Positions 10,173-20,014 of a stretch of DNA of 64,000 bases are shown here, piece after piece (position 1 is the first letter of the stretch; every line of letters begins with the position of its first letter). The stretch comes from Escherichia phage CMS-2020a. The stretch lies in the sequence record CP053388.1. One strand, 5' to 3'. Below the pieces are notes generated by a model. That model had not been told where the DNA came from and did no database searches. It was given only the letters and a program-made list of their open reading frames with translations. The translations under genes were made by a program, and so were the position numbers.

Positions 10173-10989
10173 TCATACGGTTGTTGATGTAACTGACCAG
10201 CAAGCGCCAGGTACTACGAGCCACATGCACGTTTGCAGCTTTACCGGTACGGTACATGTTGGTTGTTTCACCGATGGACTCTGACAAAATGCCATCCTCT
10301 CGTGCTGCGGCTACATCATTGCCATTTGCGATCTCACACGCTTCGTTGACAACGGCAAGCATCAACGCTTCTTTGAAGTAGTCAGGGAACTCTTCAAACT
10401 TCTCCTGCGTCATCTTTTCCCAATCGACTAAATCATGCCGGTACGCTCCATCTGCTCCCCACGGAATGTCATACACATTCAGCATATTTTGAGGGCGATC
10501 GTATCGGTCAAAGTCGATACGTAGAATTTTGCGGATTGAGAACGGTAAAGTTTTAATTCGTCTGGTAGCCTCAATGAGACGCTTGCGCATTAAGCCTTCA
10601 CCATCCGACAGCAAAGTGTCCCCATTCAGCATATCGATCGCCTGCATTTGAGCATCAGCGACAGTTGCAAACGACTGTTCTGGTATCGACAGTTCAAAAC
10701 TATTCAGCAGAACATACATTTGCCGCTCTTCATGCGTCAGACCCGATGCAACAGCCTTCACAATGACGTACCGCAGATCTCGCTCTTTCTCAGAGAGCTG
10801 GTTATATTCAGCCGACACGACAACCGGAATCGACATTTGACCGCTGGTAATTTCTAGCGGCTCGCCATCAACGAGAATAGCCCCGGTGCTGTCCTTTACT
10901 GTGTAGGTAGCAGATTCGATATCCAGCACGTTGAAGGCAAATGAAAGAGAAACAGCTTCACCGCTACGATACGAGTCGATCTGCGCCAT
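10156..10989 (-). CDS. Structural protein of unknown function
   Basis: 277 aa ORF coupled (ATGA overlap at 10989) to the upstream gene in the head module. Confidence 0.4.
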   Translation of the reverse strand: MAQIDSYRSGEAVSLSFAFNVLDIESATYTVKDSTGAILVDGEPLEITSGQMSIPVVVSAEYNQLSEKERDLRYVIVKAVASGLTHEERQMYVLLNSFELSIPEQSFATVADAQMQAIDMLNGDTLLSDGEGLMRKRLIEATRRIKTLPFSIRKILRIDFDRYDRPQNMLNVYDIPWGADGAYRHDLVDWEKMTQEKFEEFPDYFKEALMLAVVNEACEIANGNDVAAAREDGILSESIGETTNMYRTGKAANVHVARSTWRLLVSYINNRMIVRRA

Positions 10990-11423
10990 TACTCACCGCC
11001 TTGTGCTTTCAGGATGCCTTCAATCATCTCGACAATTCCTTTCGCTTTGACACCAACCTGATTACCAATAACTCGTAGACCGGCAATACCTTCGTTGTCT
11101 GCAATGGACTCCAGCTCTTCTCGTGTGAAAGCCTGGATCTGTTTGGCCGGTTCATCTGGTGTTCCACGTTTCATTGGCACAATGTCAGGCGCTGCTGGCT
11201 CGGTAATCAGGTCTGCTGTCAATTCACCACGATCACTGTATGCGGCAGACGGAGAAACATTTTTGCCCTCTACTGTTGACGCTCGCATTGAAGCACAAAT
11301 CCTCTGCTGATCGATAAAAGGCAACTCCGCTACGGATACCCCGTTCTCGAACTGAACGCCGCACAGCATTCCCGAATAACCGGAAAATTGCGGTTCTAAT
11401 AAAACAATTTTTGCTGGTTTCAT
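10989..11423 (-). CDS. Structural protein of unknown function (possible head-tail adaptor)
   Basis: 144 aa ORF downstream of the Ig-like protein gene. Confidence 0.4.
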   Translation of the reverse strand: MKPAKIVLLEPQFSGYSGMLCGVQFENGVSVAELPFIDQQRICASMRASTVEGKNVSPSAAYSDRGELTADLITEPAAPDIVPMKRGTPDEPAKQIQAFTREELESIADNEGIAGLRVIGNQVGVKAKGIVEMIEGILKAQGGE

Positions 11424-11467
11424 AACGCTTTCTCTCCTCTTGGGCGGCTTTCGCCGCCCAATGTCGG

Positions 11468-12388
11468 TTATTCCTGTGCGGCAGTGACCTCTACGGTCGC
11501 TGTCGCTTTGTGGCTACCATCTTGGGTAGTAACCTCGATTGTGGCAGTACCAGCCGCAACACCAGTTACAACACCGGTTTCGCTGTCCACCGTTGCAAAC
11601 TCGGTATTTTTAGATTCCCAAGTAACGGTTTTATTTGTGGCTCCTGCCGGCTCGACATTTGCGGTCAGCTGAACAGTTTTGTTTGCCTCAACGGTTGTGC
11701 TATTTGGGTCGATTCCGACGCCGGTAACAGCCACAACAGGCGCAGTTACTTCCACCGTTGCAGTTGCCTTTTTGCTGCCATCTTGGGAAACGATCTCAAT
11801 CGTCGCAGTGCCAACTTCTACACCAGTAACGTTCCCGCTCTGGTCTACCGTTGCCTTGTCTTCATTTTTGGAAGACCAGGTAACTGCCTTATTCGTCGCA
11901 TTTGACGGCTGAACATTCGCTTTCAGACTGACTGATTTCCCTTTCTCAACAGAGGTTGAGTCTGGCGTTACCGTTACGGATTTAACGGCTACCGGATTTA
12001 CGGTGACTTCCACTGACGCGGAAAGCTGGGTTTCCTGATCAGTTGCGGTAATTTTCACTTTGCCTGGGGCTACGCCAGTTACTAATCCAGTGCCGTTAAC
12101 GGTTGCAATTTGATCATTGGCTGACTTCCAGGTAAATGAACTGGCACTCTTACCCATACTAATACCTGCACTAAGTTGAACAGTTTTCCCAACCAAAACT
12201 GATGGTGAAGCCGGAGTTATGTTTACGGATTGGGAGAAGGGAACCGCCTGCAAACAAGCAGATAGCTGACTTTGTTGCCGCTCGGTTAAAGGTTCATCGG
12301 AGATAGAATTGGTAAATCCGGCGCGGCACATATGCCCCGTAAAATCCGAAAATGCCTCTTCCGTAATCTTCATCTTTTGTTCTGGCAT
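11468..12388 (-). CDS. Ig-like (Big_2) tandem-repeat protein, putative capsid decoration protein
   Basis: Three tandem about 90-aa repeats with the Big_2 pattern (KTVQLTANVEPAGATNKTVTWESKN...ATVD..G.VTGV..GTATI); directly downstream of the capsid gene. Confidence 0.65.
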   Translation of the reverse strand: MPEQKMKITEEAFSDFTGHMCRAGFTNSISDEPLTERQQSQLSACLQAVPFSQSVNITPASPSVLVGKTVQLSAGISMGKSASSFTWKSANDQIATVNGTGLVTGVAPGKVKITATDQETQLSASVEVTVNPVAVKSVTVTPDSTSVEKGKSVSLKANVQPSNATNKAVTWSSKNEDKATVDQSGNVTGVEVGTATIEIVSQDGSKKATATVEVTAPVVAVTGVGIDPNSTTVEANKTVQLTANVEPAGATNKTVTWESKNTEFATVDSETGVVTGVAAGTATIEVTTQDGSHKATATVEVTAAQE

Positions 12389-12461
12389 TTCTTGCTCCTA
12401 CAAAAAGGGTGGGCGTATAGCCCACCCTTAAACATAGATAATTACTTATCTACAACACTGA

Positions 12462-13337
12462 TTAAATTTTTACATTGGTCAGTGCAGCGATAGCCTTATC
12501 GTGCTTATTCGCCAGAGAGCAGTACCACTTCACACGGGTACGTACTGCGTCTTTGTTCTGTACAGTACCAATGTTTTCAACAACGATACCTGCGTTGTCG
12601 CCGCCATACAGACCAGTAACGCCGTTCTCTTCTGACAGATGCAGGCAGTAGATGCTTGCTTTGCCAGCATCGGTCGGAATGAAGTCGTTTACGATAAACG
12701 GAACGCCGTTATGGCACAGCATCGGACGACCGAAGTTCTCCATCATGATTTCAGACGGACCTACGTTTACTGTACGCAGCAGCGCACGGTAAGCACGCAG
12801 GTGCTCTGAACGCATCATGATGCAGTCAGCACCAAGATCTTTCACCGCATCGACCAGTTCGTCGAACATGGAGAAAGTCATAGATGCACCGGCGATATCG
12901 ATCTTCTGATCTGCGTGCATCAGGCGTGGAATGCCGTCAAACGCCTTGTTGTTAGTGGTGGAGTCGCCAACAATCAGATTGCGACGGAAGGCACGAGCCA
13001 GACCTTTGACTTTCTGACGAACCTGGATAGCCAGCTGGTTGTTGGTATCAGCCATAGTGGTAGCCAGGAATTTGTCGACGTCAACGTCGCCAGCCAGAAT
13101 GCGCAGCTTCGCAACTTTCTCTTCGAAGGTTGCTGCACCTTCGGTGATGGTGTCGTTCACATCAATGAAAGTAGCTTCGCTCAGCGTTTTTTCACGGTTG
13201 TACAGATATGCCTTTGAATTAATTTTCATAAAAGGCAGGATGGCAAACAGGTCATCGCGATCGATGATAGTTTCGATCACACCCTGTTCAAGTTCGTTGT
13301 TAGACAGCTTTTCAGCTTCTTCACGCAGTAATGGCAT
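12462..13337 (-). CDS. Major capsid protein (putative)
   Basis: 291 aa ORF after the scaffold-like gene and before the decoration-like gene; assigned by gene order and size, no motif recognised. Confidence 0.55.
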   Translation of the reverse strand: MPLLREEAEKLSNNELEQGVIETIIDRDDLFAILPFMKINSKAYLYNREKTLSEATFIDVNDTITEGAATFEEKVAKLRILAGDVDVDKFLATTMADTNNQLAIQVRQKVKGLARAFRRNLIVGDSTTNNKAFDGIPRLMHADQKIDIAGASMTFSMFDELVDAVKDLGADCIMMRSEHLRAYRALLRTVNVGPSEIMMENFGRPMLCHNGVPFIVNDFIPTDAGKASIYCLHLSEENGVTGLYGGDNAGIVVENIGTVQNKDAVRTRVKWYCSLANKHDKAIAALTNVKI

Positions 13338-13362
13338 CTATCAATTCCCTTTGATTTAGATG

Positions 13363-14250
13363 TTACTTAAGTCCAATTTTCCCCAGACCGGAGGCCAACT
13401 TATCCATAGTCGACTTGTTCTTCGGTTGGGATATTGTGTAGGTCGATTTGGAATGTGAGCCTACACCCTGCTTGGCTTCGCTACGCATCAATGCGTCAGC
13501 TTCCGGATCTGCCCGCACAATGCGTTCAATCGCGGATTCAAACGGCAACGGCTTACCTTCACCGTCAACCAGAACAGCTCGTTCTTTATGACCTGCCGGT
13601 TTGTCATAACCCACTACGCTACCGTCTTCACCCACTTCAAAATGAGAACCGTAGATCACGCGGGCTTTTGCCGGGGTCATCAGAACTTTGTCACGTAGGA
13701 AGAGAGAGTTACTGAAGGAAGCGCCCACGGTCATCTCGACTAATTGAGATTTCAGTGATGCGTTTTCACTTTCCAGTGCTGTATAACGTTCGTCACGCTG
13801 TGCCAGCTCTGCCTGGTGTGCTTCGATCATCTGTTTTTTAACAGCATCGAACTCACCACGACGCTCCAGTTCAGCTTGCTCCGCCTCACGACGTGCATTT
13901 TCTGCGGCCTGTTCAGCTTCTAAAAGCTGGCGAGCACGCGCCGGGTCGATATCACCGTACTGAGCAAGCTGATCGGCCAATGTGCGCTCTTTCTCTTTGC
14001 GCTTCATGTTCTCCTTCAGCAGTTCAGCACCAGCTTTCTTGGTTTTACGAAGTTCGGCCAGTAACTCTTCCTGAGTCATGCCAGCGTATTCGTCATCGCC
14101 CTTCGGCTGCTCTTTTTGTTCACCCTGTTTGTCAGGATCTTGTGTGCTCTGCTCATTATCAGCAGCTACACCGCCAGCGCCTCCACGCTCATGCGCTTCA
14201 GCGACATCCATCAGACCACGACGGGCCAAAAGCATTTGCCACAGATTCAT
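13363..14250 (-). CDS. Scaffolding protein (putative)
   Basis: 295 aa, highly charged with a long E/A/R/Q-rich coiled-coil region; sits between portal and capsid genes. Confidence 0.5.
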   Translation of the reverse strand: MNLWQMLLARRGLMDVAEAHERGGAGGVAADNEQSTQDPDKQGEQKEQPKGDDEYAGMTQEELLAELRKTKKAGAELLKENMKRKEKERTLADQLAQYGDIDPARARQLLEAEQAAENARREAEQAELERRGEFDAVKKQMIEAHQAELAQRDERYTALESENASLKSQLVEMTVGASFSNSLFLRDKVLMTPAKARVIYGSHFEVGEDGSVVGYDKPAGHKERAVLVDGEGKPLPFESAIERIVRADPEADALMRSEAKQGVGSHSKSTYTISQPKNKSTMDKLASGLGKIGLK

Positions 14251-14271
14251 AAAAATTCCTTTTGTTACTTA

Positions 14272-15846
14272 TCACTCGTTCTCTTGAGTAGATGAGTCCC
14301 CATTCCCTCGGGGTTGATCTTGCCCGCTTTCTTGGGCTGCACCACGATAATAAGTAAGTACTGACTTATTTTCAAGGGTATTTAGATCATTTTTTGGAGG
14401 AAAATTCAAGAGATCTTTATCAAATTCCTTTTTCATCGCCTCAGTAATGTTCGGGAAAATCTTCTCAATAAGCATTTCCATCTGGTGACGACGTACAGAG
14501 TCCGGTGCCTGAAGTAATGACAGTTTCTCGGCAACAGAAAATTCATCAGTAAGGCCACGAATATCGAAACTTTCTGGATACGCAATTAAAGAGTGGTCTT
14601 CGTCCAGATCTGCCCCCATCCATTTCGCAACCAGTAGCATGATTTGGCGTTCAGCCCTTTCCAGACGCTCTGCTTTTGTGACAAGCAAGCTATTTACACG
14701 CTGGAAGTCATACATTTTTGCGGCACCAGATGAATTATCGATTCCCTGTGCGTTGTCCTGCTTCGTTCGCTCACCAGCTACACCAACTGAATGGTAGATT
14801 TCGTTAATCACCGTCTTAATCGTAGTGATGATCATCTGAGCTTGTTTCGGGTCTGGTGACAGATAAAACGGCTGGTTTCCACCTTCAGAATCGTAGGTGA
14901 AGACTCGCTTTGTGCCCATTTCAAGCACTTTAGTGTGGTTTTCATCACCAGGTAAAAGCGACTGTACCGGTATAGCCAACTGGCTAAATGTCTGATCCTG
15001 AATAATGGCATCAAGGTTTGACAGATAGTTTGCAACCGCACGATCAAGATAAGCGATATCATCGATCAACGATGGGCTGAAATACGGTGATTCACTTTCT
15101 CCAATACAATCAACAGGAAACACAGGAACTACGCCGAGATTATGCTCACCGCTATCCTCTAAAATAACTTTTGCCTGACGGCGACCTGCTCCACCAGCGC
15201 CCTTCTTCACTTCCTCACGGAACAGATACCACTCGTTTTGTGTCCACAGACGATAACGTTGGTATTCCTGACCTGTAGAAGTAAAAGGATCTGCGTCATC
15301 ACGAGCGACTTCCACAATTAACGCCCACAACATATTCCCGTCGTCGTCCCATGCCACATCCAGCATTTGCTGAGGTGAAATCCAGTAGGCGTAGGCGCGA
15401 GCATCTTTCTTTTTCTCGTCAGCTACTGACTCAACATCACCACTCATCGTGCTATCGACAACAACCCATATGCGACCGTAAATAGACGACTGCAAATCAA
15501 TAGCGGCCATAAATGAGTCAATAGAGGCATTCTGGCGAGTCGCACGTTTCCAGAAATTGCGGATCTGCTCTGGTGCCTCTTCGATATTTCTATGAATGTC
15601 TTCTTTAAAGAGATATTTGTTGATGAGGTTTACCACCTCACGAGTGTGGTTGAAGCGATAAGCACGTTCAACTCGCTCCTTAAACTCCTGATCTCCCTCT
15701 TTAAAGTAACGAAAGATATTGTCTGTAAACCAACCACGCCCGCCAGCGTAAGTGCTGGCGAGGAAGTCCCAATGTTCTTTTTTCTTTTCGTATTCCGGGT
15801 GGCGTCGCGCCACCAGATCCTTAATTTGTTTGTCGTTCAATTCCAT
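14272..15846 (-). CDS. Portal protein
   Basis: 524 aa ORF immediately downstream of the terminase large subunit; size and position typical. Confidence 0.7.
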   Translation of the reverse strand: MELNDKQIKDLVARRHPEYEKKKEHWDFLASTYAGGRGWFTDNIFRYFKEGDQEFKERVERAYRFNHTREVVNLINKYLFKEDIHRNIEEAPEQIRNFWKRATRQNASIDSFMAAIDLQSSIYGRIWVVVDSTMSGDVESVADEKKKDARAYAYWISPQQMLDVAWDDDGNMLWALIVEVARDDADPFTSTGQEYQRYRLWTQNEWYLFREEVKKGAGGAGRRQAKVILEDSGEHNLGVVPVFPVDCIGESESPYFSPSLIDDIAYLDRAVANYLSNLDAIIQDQTFSQLAIPVQSLLPGDENHTKVLEMGTKRVFTYDSEGGNQPFYLSPDPKQAQMIITTIKTVINEIYHSVGVAGERTKQDNAQGIDNSSGAAKMYDFQRVNSLLVTKAERLERAERQIMLLVAKWMGADLDEDHSLIAYPESFDIRGLTDEFSVAEKLSLLQAPDSVRRHQMEMLIEKIFPNITEAMKKEFDKDLLNFPPKNDLNTLENKSVLTYYRGAAQESGQDQPRGNGDSSTQENE

Positions 15847-15872
15847 TTGAATAACCTTAGATAACTACTTAC

Positions 15873-17129
15873 CTATCGAGAACCACCAAGAATAACACGG
15901 TTTTTGACTGGATACCTACGATGTACTGGATAGCCCAATGCGTCTGCACTATGCTCAATGCCACCTGTCTTATCCATATCTCGTGTTCCAGGCTTGTAGA
16001 TGACTTTTTCCAGTGAATCAATCAAATGCTTGCACTTCGGATCGATATACAGCCGGATATCTCCAGATGCGGACATCAGCATTCGGTTAACAGCATTAAC
16101 ACGATCCGCAATTGGCGGGTGCTTTTTCGAATAATCGACACGTAAGAATCCCTTCTCTTTGAATATGTCTACGTCAGACTCCCCACGAGCATGTTGGCGA
16201 TAAGCACCTGCCGGATCTGGAAATACCGTTACCTGTGATTTCCAGCGCCAGAAGCGTCTCTCAAGCTCATCACAAACTTCTGCCGTGTTAGAGGAAAAGA
16301 GCACCAATTCATCAATTGCCCATAGCTCACCATTTGGCTGAGGTTGCAAAATTACTGAAGACATCGGGTCAATGTTGAAGTCCTGCCCTACCCATATAGG
16401 CAACCGAGGGTTGAACTGAAGCGGTTTTACATGCACGTTACGATCGAACGGGTAGTAAACGCGCCCGGACATGTTCTCAAAGCTGGCCAGGTACTCCTGA
16501 GCGAACGATTTGGGGTCCATATCGTTCTTAGCAGCTTCAATTTCCGCCGTAGGTACAAACGGAGAATCGGCAGTTACAAACTGCCAGCTCTTCCACTGTC
16601 CCTTTCTTTGCAGCTCTACGTTCTGGCCTATCGTCCACAGTTTGTGAAATTCCGAGAAGCCTTTTGGCGTACCAATGATCAGTGCACCGCCGCGTGTCGA
16701 TGAAAGAGTAGGTCGTAACACCTTGTACCAGGTGTCAGCCTTCATATCCTGAAATTCATCAAGCACTACAAAATGCAACGCTACGCCGCGCAGAGTGTCA
16801 GGCTTATCAGCACCTTTGAGGGCGATCTCCGAACCGTTCTTCAACACGATTGTCATCGTGGTGTCGTTCTTTTTCCTAACCCACTTACGAGGCAGAACTT
16901 CCTGTAGATCGTCCCACAAAATCTGGCGAGCCATCTGGTAAGTAGGAGCGACATACCAGACCCTTTGCTTTTTTTCCTTTGCCGCCGCACGAATAATAGT
17001 GGAGATCGACAACCGGGATTTTCCCCAGCGTCGACCAGCACAAACAACTTTAAATCGATGCGGAGACTGGAAGACTTTCATCTGTCCAGAATGCAGTTGC
17101 ACAAGACTGAGCGAGGACGGGATTGCCAT
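15873..17129 (-). CDS. Terminase large subunit
   Basis: Walker A (VVCAGRRWGKS) and Walker B (HFVVLDEFQD) in the N-terminal ATPase, acidic residues in the C-terminal half; ATGA overlap with the upstream small subunit. Confidence 0.85.
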   Translation of the reverse strand: MAIPSSLSLVQLHSGQMKVFQSPHRFKVVCAGRRWGKSRLSISTIIRAAAKEKKQRVWYVAPTYQMARQILWDDLQEVLPRKWVRKKNDTTMTIVLKNGSEIALKGADKPDTLRGVALHFVVLDEFQDMKADTWYKVLRPTLSSTRGGALIIGTPKGFSEFHKLWTIGQNVELQRKGQWKSWQFVTADSPFVPTAEIEAAKNDMDPKSFAQEYLASFENMSGRVYYPFDRNVHVKPLQFNPRLPIWVGQDFNIDPMSSVILQPQPNGELWAIDELVLFSSNTAEVCDELERRFWRWKSQVTVFPDPAGAYRQHARGESDVDIFKEKGFLRVDYSKKHPPIADRVNAVNRMLMSASGDIRLYIDPKCKHLIDSLEKVIYKPGTRDMDKTGGIEHSADALGYPVHRRYPVKNRVILGGSR

Positions 17130-17761
17130 TATTCGTCCTCCCCTTCACTTCCATCATCTGTCGCATCAAATTCGCTTAGAGCTTCTTCTTCCAACGTCTC
17201 AAGCAATTCGTCATCGATGATTTCAGGCTCGTCGTCTTCCTGACGTAATTTCGCCACCTGGGAAGGCGTAAGCTCACCAAATACCAGGTTCGGAATTTCT
17301 TCCTCGTCATTTTCCGCATGATCCATGCCCAATGCTTTGGACGAAACTTCAAAGCATTTTGCAAGGGTATTACTGGCTCTCTGTAAGCTCTTGAGAGAAT
17401 CCTCAATCGCCCCTAAAGGCTTACCCTCACGTTTGGCCGTAGTGACTTCGACCATCACCATCTGCCCCAACGCATACGCCCAGCCGTCATAACGTGTACG
17501 ACGTTCTTCTATCTTTTCCGCACGGGCTTTAGCGCGAAGCTCTGCGTCAGATTTAAGAGACTCACGAACCATCTTCCCAACAGAGTCCGCGCCTTTCTCT
17601 AATCCTCGCTTTTTGAAATGTCTGGAGAGTGTTTCACGACGAATGCCGTACTCTTCCTCCAGCTTTGAGAGTGTATATTCGCCTGACGTCCATTTGGCTT
17701 CAGCTTCGGCCCACTCCGCTGGTGTCAGGCGAGTTTTTACCTCGTCTTTTTCGACCGTCAT
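17129..17761 (-). CDS. Terminase small subunit (putative)
   Basis: 210 aa, N-terminal HTH-like segment (YTLSKLEEEYGIRRETLSRHFKKRG), very acidic C-terminus, coupled to the large subunit. Confidence 0.6.
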   Translation of the reverse strand: MTVEKDEVKTRLTPAEWAEAEAKWTSGEYTLSKLEEEYGIRRETLSRHFKKRGLEKGADSVGKMVRESLKSDAELRAKARAEKIEERRTRYDGWAYALGQMVMVEVTTAKREGKPLGAIEDSLKSLQRASNTLAKCFEVSSKALGMDHAENDEEEIPNLVFGELTPSQVAKLRQEDDEPEIIDDELLETLEEEALSEFDATDDGSEGEDE

Positions 17762-17867
17762 AGATCCCTCTAAAACACACAGAGCGCGTCCATGCGCTCT
17801 AAAACAACTTGTTTACTGCATCTGCTAACCAACTTGTTTTCTGGGGTGTTTAATTAGGTCTGGCATG

Positions 17868-17922
17868 TCTTACGAAGCCTGCTTCCGTATATATTTAATA
17901 AGTTACTTATTATTTATATATA
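17868..17922. promoter_or_regulatory. Imperfect 55-bp palindrome, copy 1 (probable bidirectional terminator or regulator site)
   Basis: cctgcttccgtatatat...atatatacagaagcagg with an AT-rich centre; near-identical copy at 47953-48020. Confidence 0.5.
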
Positions 17923-17956
17923 CAGAAGCAGGTCTTTAAATAAGCTCCCAGACCGA

Positions 17957-18223
17957 TTACATCACCAGTAACTTCGCTTTGGCTCGACCTAAAGTAGTTA
18001 ACCCAAGAGTTCGGCGGTGATAGCGATTGTCACTGCGTTGGCGCGTATGCCCTTTCTCCACCAGCCCCTTTTTTATCAGAGCGCGAATTGAGAACTGGAT
18101 ACTTTGCTTGGTTGTCTTGTACGGCAAAACTTCAAGCAATTCGTCCAGGTCAAGTAGATGACCTCGCTCATAACCGAGATTGAGCGTTTTGATGATGTCC
18201 TTTTGTTTATCGGTTAACGTCAT
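17957..18223 (-). CDS. Small DNA-binding protein (winged-HTH-like), hypothetical
   Basis: 88 aa basic ORF, last gene of the ParB/ATPase operon. Confidence 0.4.
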   Translation of the reverse strand: MTLTDKQKDIIKTLNLGYERGHLLDLDELLEVLPYKTTKQSIQFSIRALIKKGLVEKGHTRQRSDNRYHRRTLGLTTLGRAKAKLLVM

Positions 18224-18232
18224 GGCAAATCC

Positions 18233-19132
18233 TTATGCCGGTAAAGCAATTTCTAACGGTTTATCCAAAGGTTGTTTGTCGAATGCCAGCAGTGGCAGCG
18301 TGTCAGGCAGTCGACGACCAAAGTCAGGGTTTCGATACACACCATACAACGGAGACGTAAAGCTCAGGTTGTGAATGTCCTTGAGCAGCTTCACAATGCT
18401 GGCCTCGTCCACCAGACTGTCGGCAATGTCCTGAATCGTCGTGCCACGATTCCGCCCAGCTTTTGCCAGGGAACTGTTCTTGTGGTAGTCCGCCACCAGA
18501 TCACGCAGTGCACGGCGACGACGAGACTCGCTCATAGCGAACAACTCTTTGACGATCGCCTCGTTATCACCCGGGTCGGAGCGGAAATGGCGCTGGAACA
18601 CACGCAGTGCACTTTCATAGCTCTTCGGTCGCTCAGGGCGGATGAACTTAAACCCTGCTTTCATGGCGAAGGGATTGTATTTGCTCATCGATGACTGGAT
18701 CTCAATGATTGGCCGGTCATGCATCCTGCTAACCAGGTTAATCATTCGATAAGAGACGCCTACGCCACGGTACTGAGTATCCACAACTGAGCGGCTGATC
18801 ACCGCAAAGTTGTTATTCACGTACCGGCCCCAGTACTGGTTAGCCACGGTGGTATTGGTAGTTGGTTTCAACTTAGGAAACATGCGATGGCGAGGTGCCA
18901 GCAGAAGTTTCGGGTAAGCCATAACCACGACGCCCACCAGACGGTCATCCAGTTCGCAGCGATAGTATGTTGGCGCGAAAGGTTTGCCGTCTGTTTTGTA
19001 GTGAAGCGATTTAAGAGCGTGCCAGTCCTCTACAGTTCCCTTTGTGACAGTCATTCGCTCCAGAAAGTCCAGATGACGCGGAAACTCTTCAGGGCGGTAG
19101 CGTTTGATGATGATATCTGCCATCTCGATCAC
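18233..19132 (-). CDS. Hypothetical protein with GNAT-like acetyltransferase motif
   Basis: 299 aa; segment RSVVDTQYRGVGVSYRMINLV resembles GNAT motif A; weak assignment. Confidence 0.35.
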   Translation of the reverse strand: MIEMADIIIKRYRPEEFPRHLDFLERMTVTKGTVEDWHALKSLHYKTDGKPFAPTYYRCELDDRLVGVVVMAYPKLLLAPRHRMFPKLKPTTNTTVANQYWGRYVNNNFAVISRSVVDTQYRGVGVSYRMINLVSRMHDRPIIEIQSSMSKYNPFAMKAGFKFIRPERPKSYESALRVFQRHFRSDPGDNEAIVKELFAMSESRRRRALRDLVADYHKNSSLAKAGRNRGTTIQDIADSLVDEASIVKLLKDIHNLSFTSPLYGVYRNPDFGRRLPDTLPLLAFDKQPLDKPLEIALPA

Positions 19133-19383
19133 CTGCGCTCGATATTGGCATTGATGAAATCCAGGCGAAGAGACTCCATCGCCCCTACCATGACATACGG
19201 GCGCCCGCCGTTATGCCAGCAATCAAGAACACTGCCGTCGTTGTTGATCATCAACAGCGCCAGGCTCTGGCTTTTTCCTTCTCTGGCGTGCTGAAGTGCT
19301 TCTTCCAGCAGGCGGATGACTTCCACGTTGTTGTTATCAGTCTCTTTCGATGGCTTCAGCTCTACGATCTTCAAATCAGGCAT
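19129..19383 (-). CDS. Hypothetical protein
   Basis: 84 aa ORF translationally coupled on both sides. Confidence 0.4.
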   Translation of the reverse strand: MPDLKIVELKPSKETDNNNVEVIRLLEEALQHAREGKSQSLALLMINNDGSVLDCWHNGGRPYVMVGAMESLRLDFINANIERR

Positions 19384-20014
19384 ATTCCACCTTCACGCGT
19401 TCTTTGTAGTGCTTGGTGATCTGCATATCCGGGCGCAGCGCGTTCTTCAGGTCTTCGTGAGTCGTCGCCACCATTACCGTCGCACCAACCTTTCGAGCGG
19501 CACGCTGGAGGTTAGATGCCACAACCTGAGCGGTTACACGGTCGAGAACAGCGCCGAACTCGTCAGCAGCCCACACTTTAGCGCCTGACTCAATCAGTTT
19601 GGCAATCTTGAGACGATATTTCTGACCGTCTGACATTTCAGAAGGCTTGCGAACAAACAGATATGCATCGTTCAGACCAGCCATAGATAACAACCCAAGC
19701 GCATCACTGGTAGTTTTGCCCAGTTGGTCAATGACGTTAACCTCATTATCGAAGGTAAAATCATCGATGGAGGCCACAGATAGCCCTTCATCCTTCATCT
19801 GGTGTTGCAGCTCGCGCAGCACAACGGATTTGCCGGAACCGGATTGGCCGGTAATGTACACCACATCGCCCTGCTTCACTTCCAGCTCCAGATTGTCGTA
19901 AAGCGTCCACTCTTTTTCGTCCAGGCCAAGCCCGAACGACTCAGCGATTTCCAACGTGCGCGTGGTTTTATTTACGCGTGTCTGAAACGATACGTTGATG
20001 ATGTATTTGCTCAT
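19376..20014 (-). CDS. Minimal ABC-type ATPase
   Basis: Walker A GQSGSGKS, signature-like SDGQKYRLKIA, Walker B VWAADEFG, H-loop ATTHE within 212 aa. Confidence 0.65.
   Translation of the reverse strand: MSKYIINVSFQTRVNKTTRTLEIAESFGLGLDEKEWTLYDNLELEVKQGDVVYITGQSGSGKSVVLRELQHQMKDEGLSVASIDDFTFDNEVNVIDQLGKTTSDALGLLSMAGLNDAYLFVRKPSEMSDGQKYRLKIAKLIESGAKVWAADEFGAVLDRVTAQVVASNLQRAARKVGATVMVATTHEDLKNALRPDMQITKHYKERVKVEYA

Noticed and set aside
17868-17922. LexA box within the large palindromes
   Set aside because: The half-sites read CCGT rather than the required CTGT, so they do not fit the LexA consensus; only the site at 35841-35860 qualifies.
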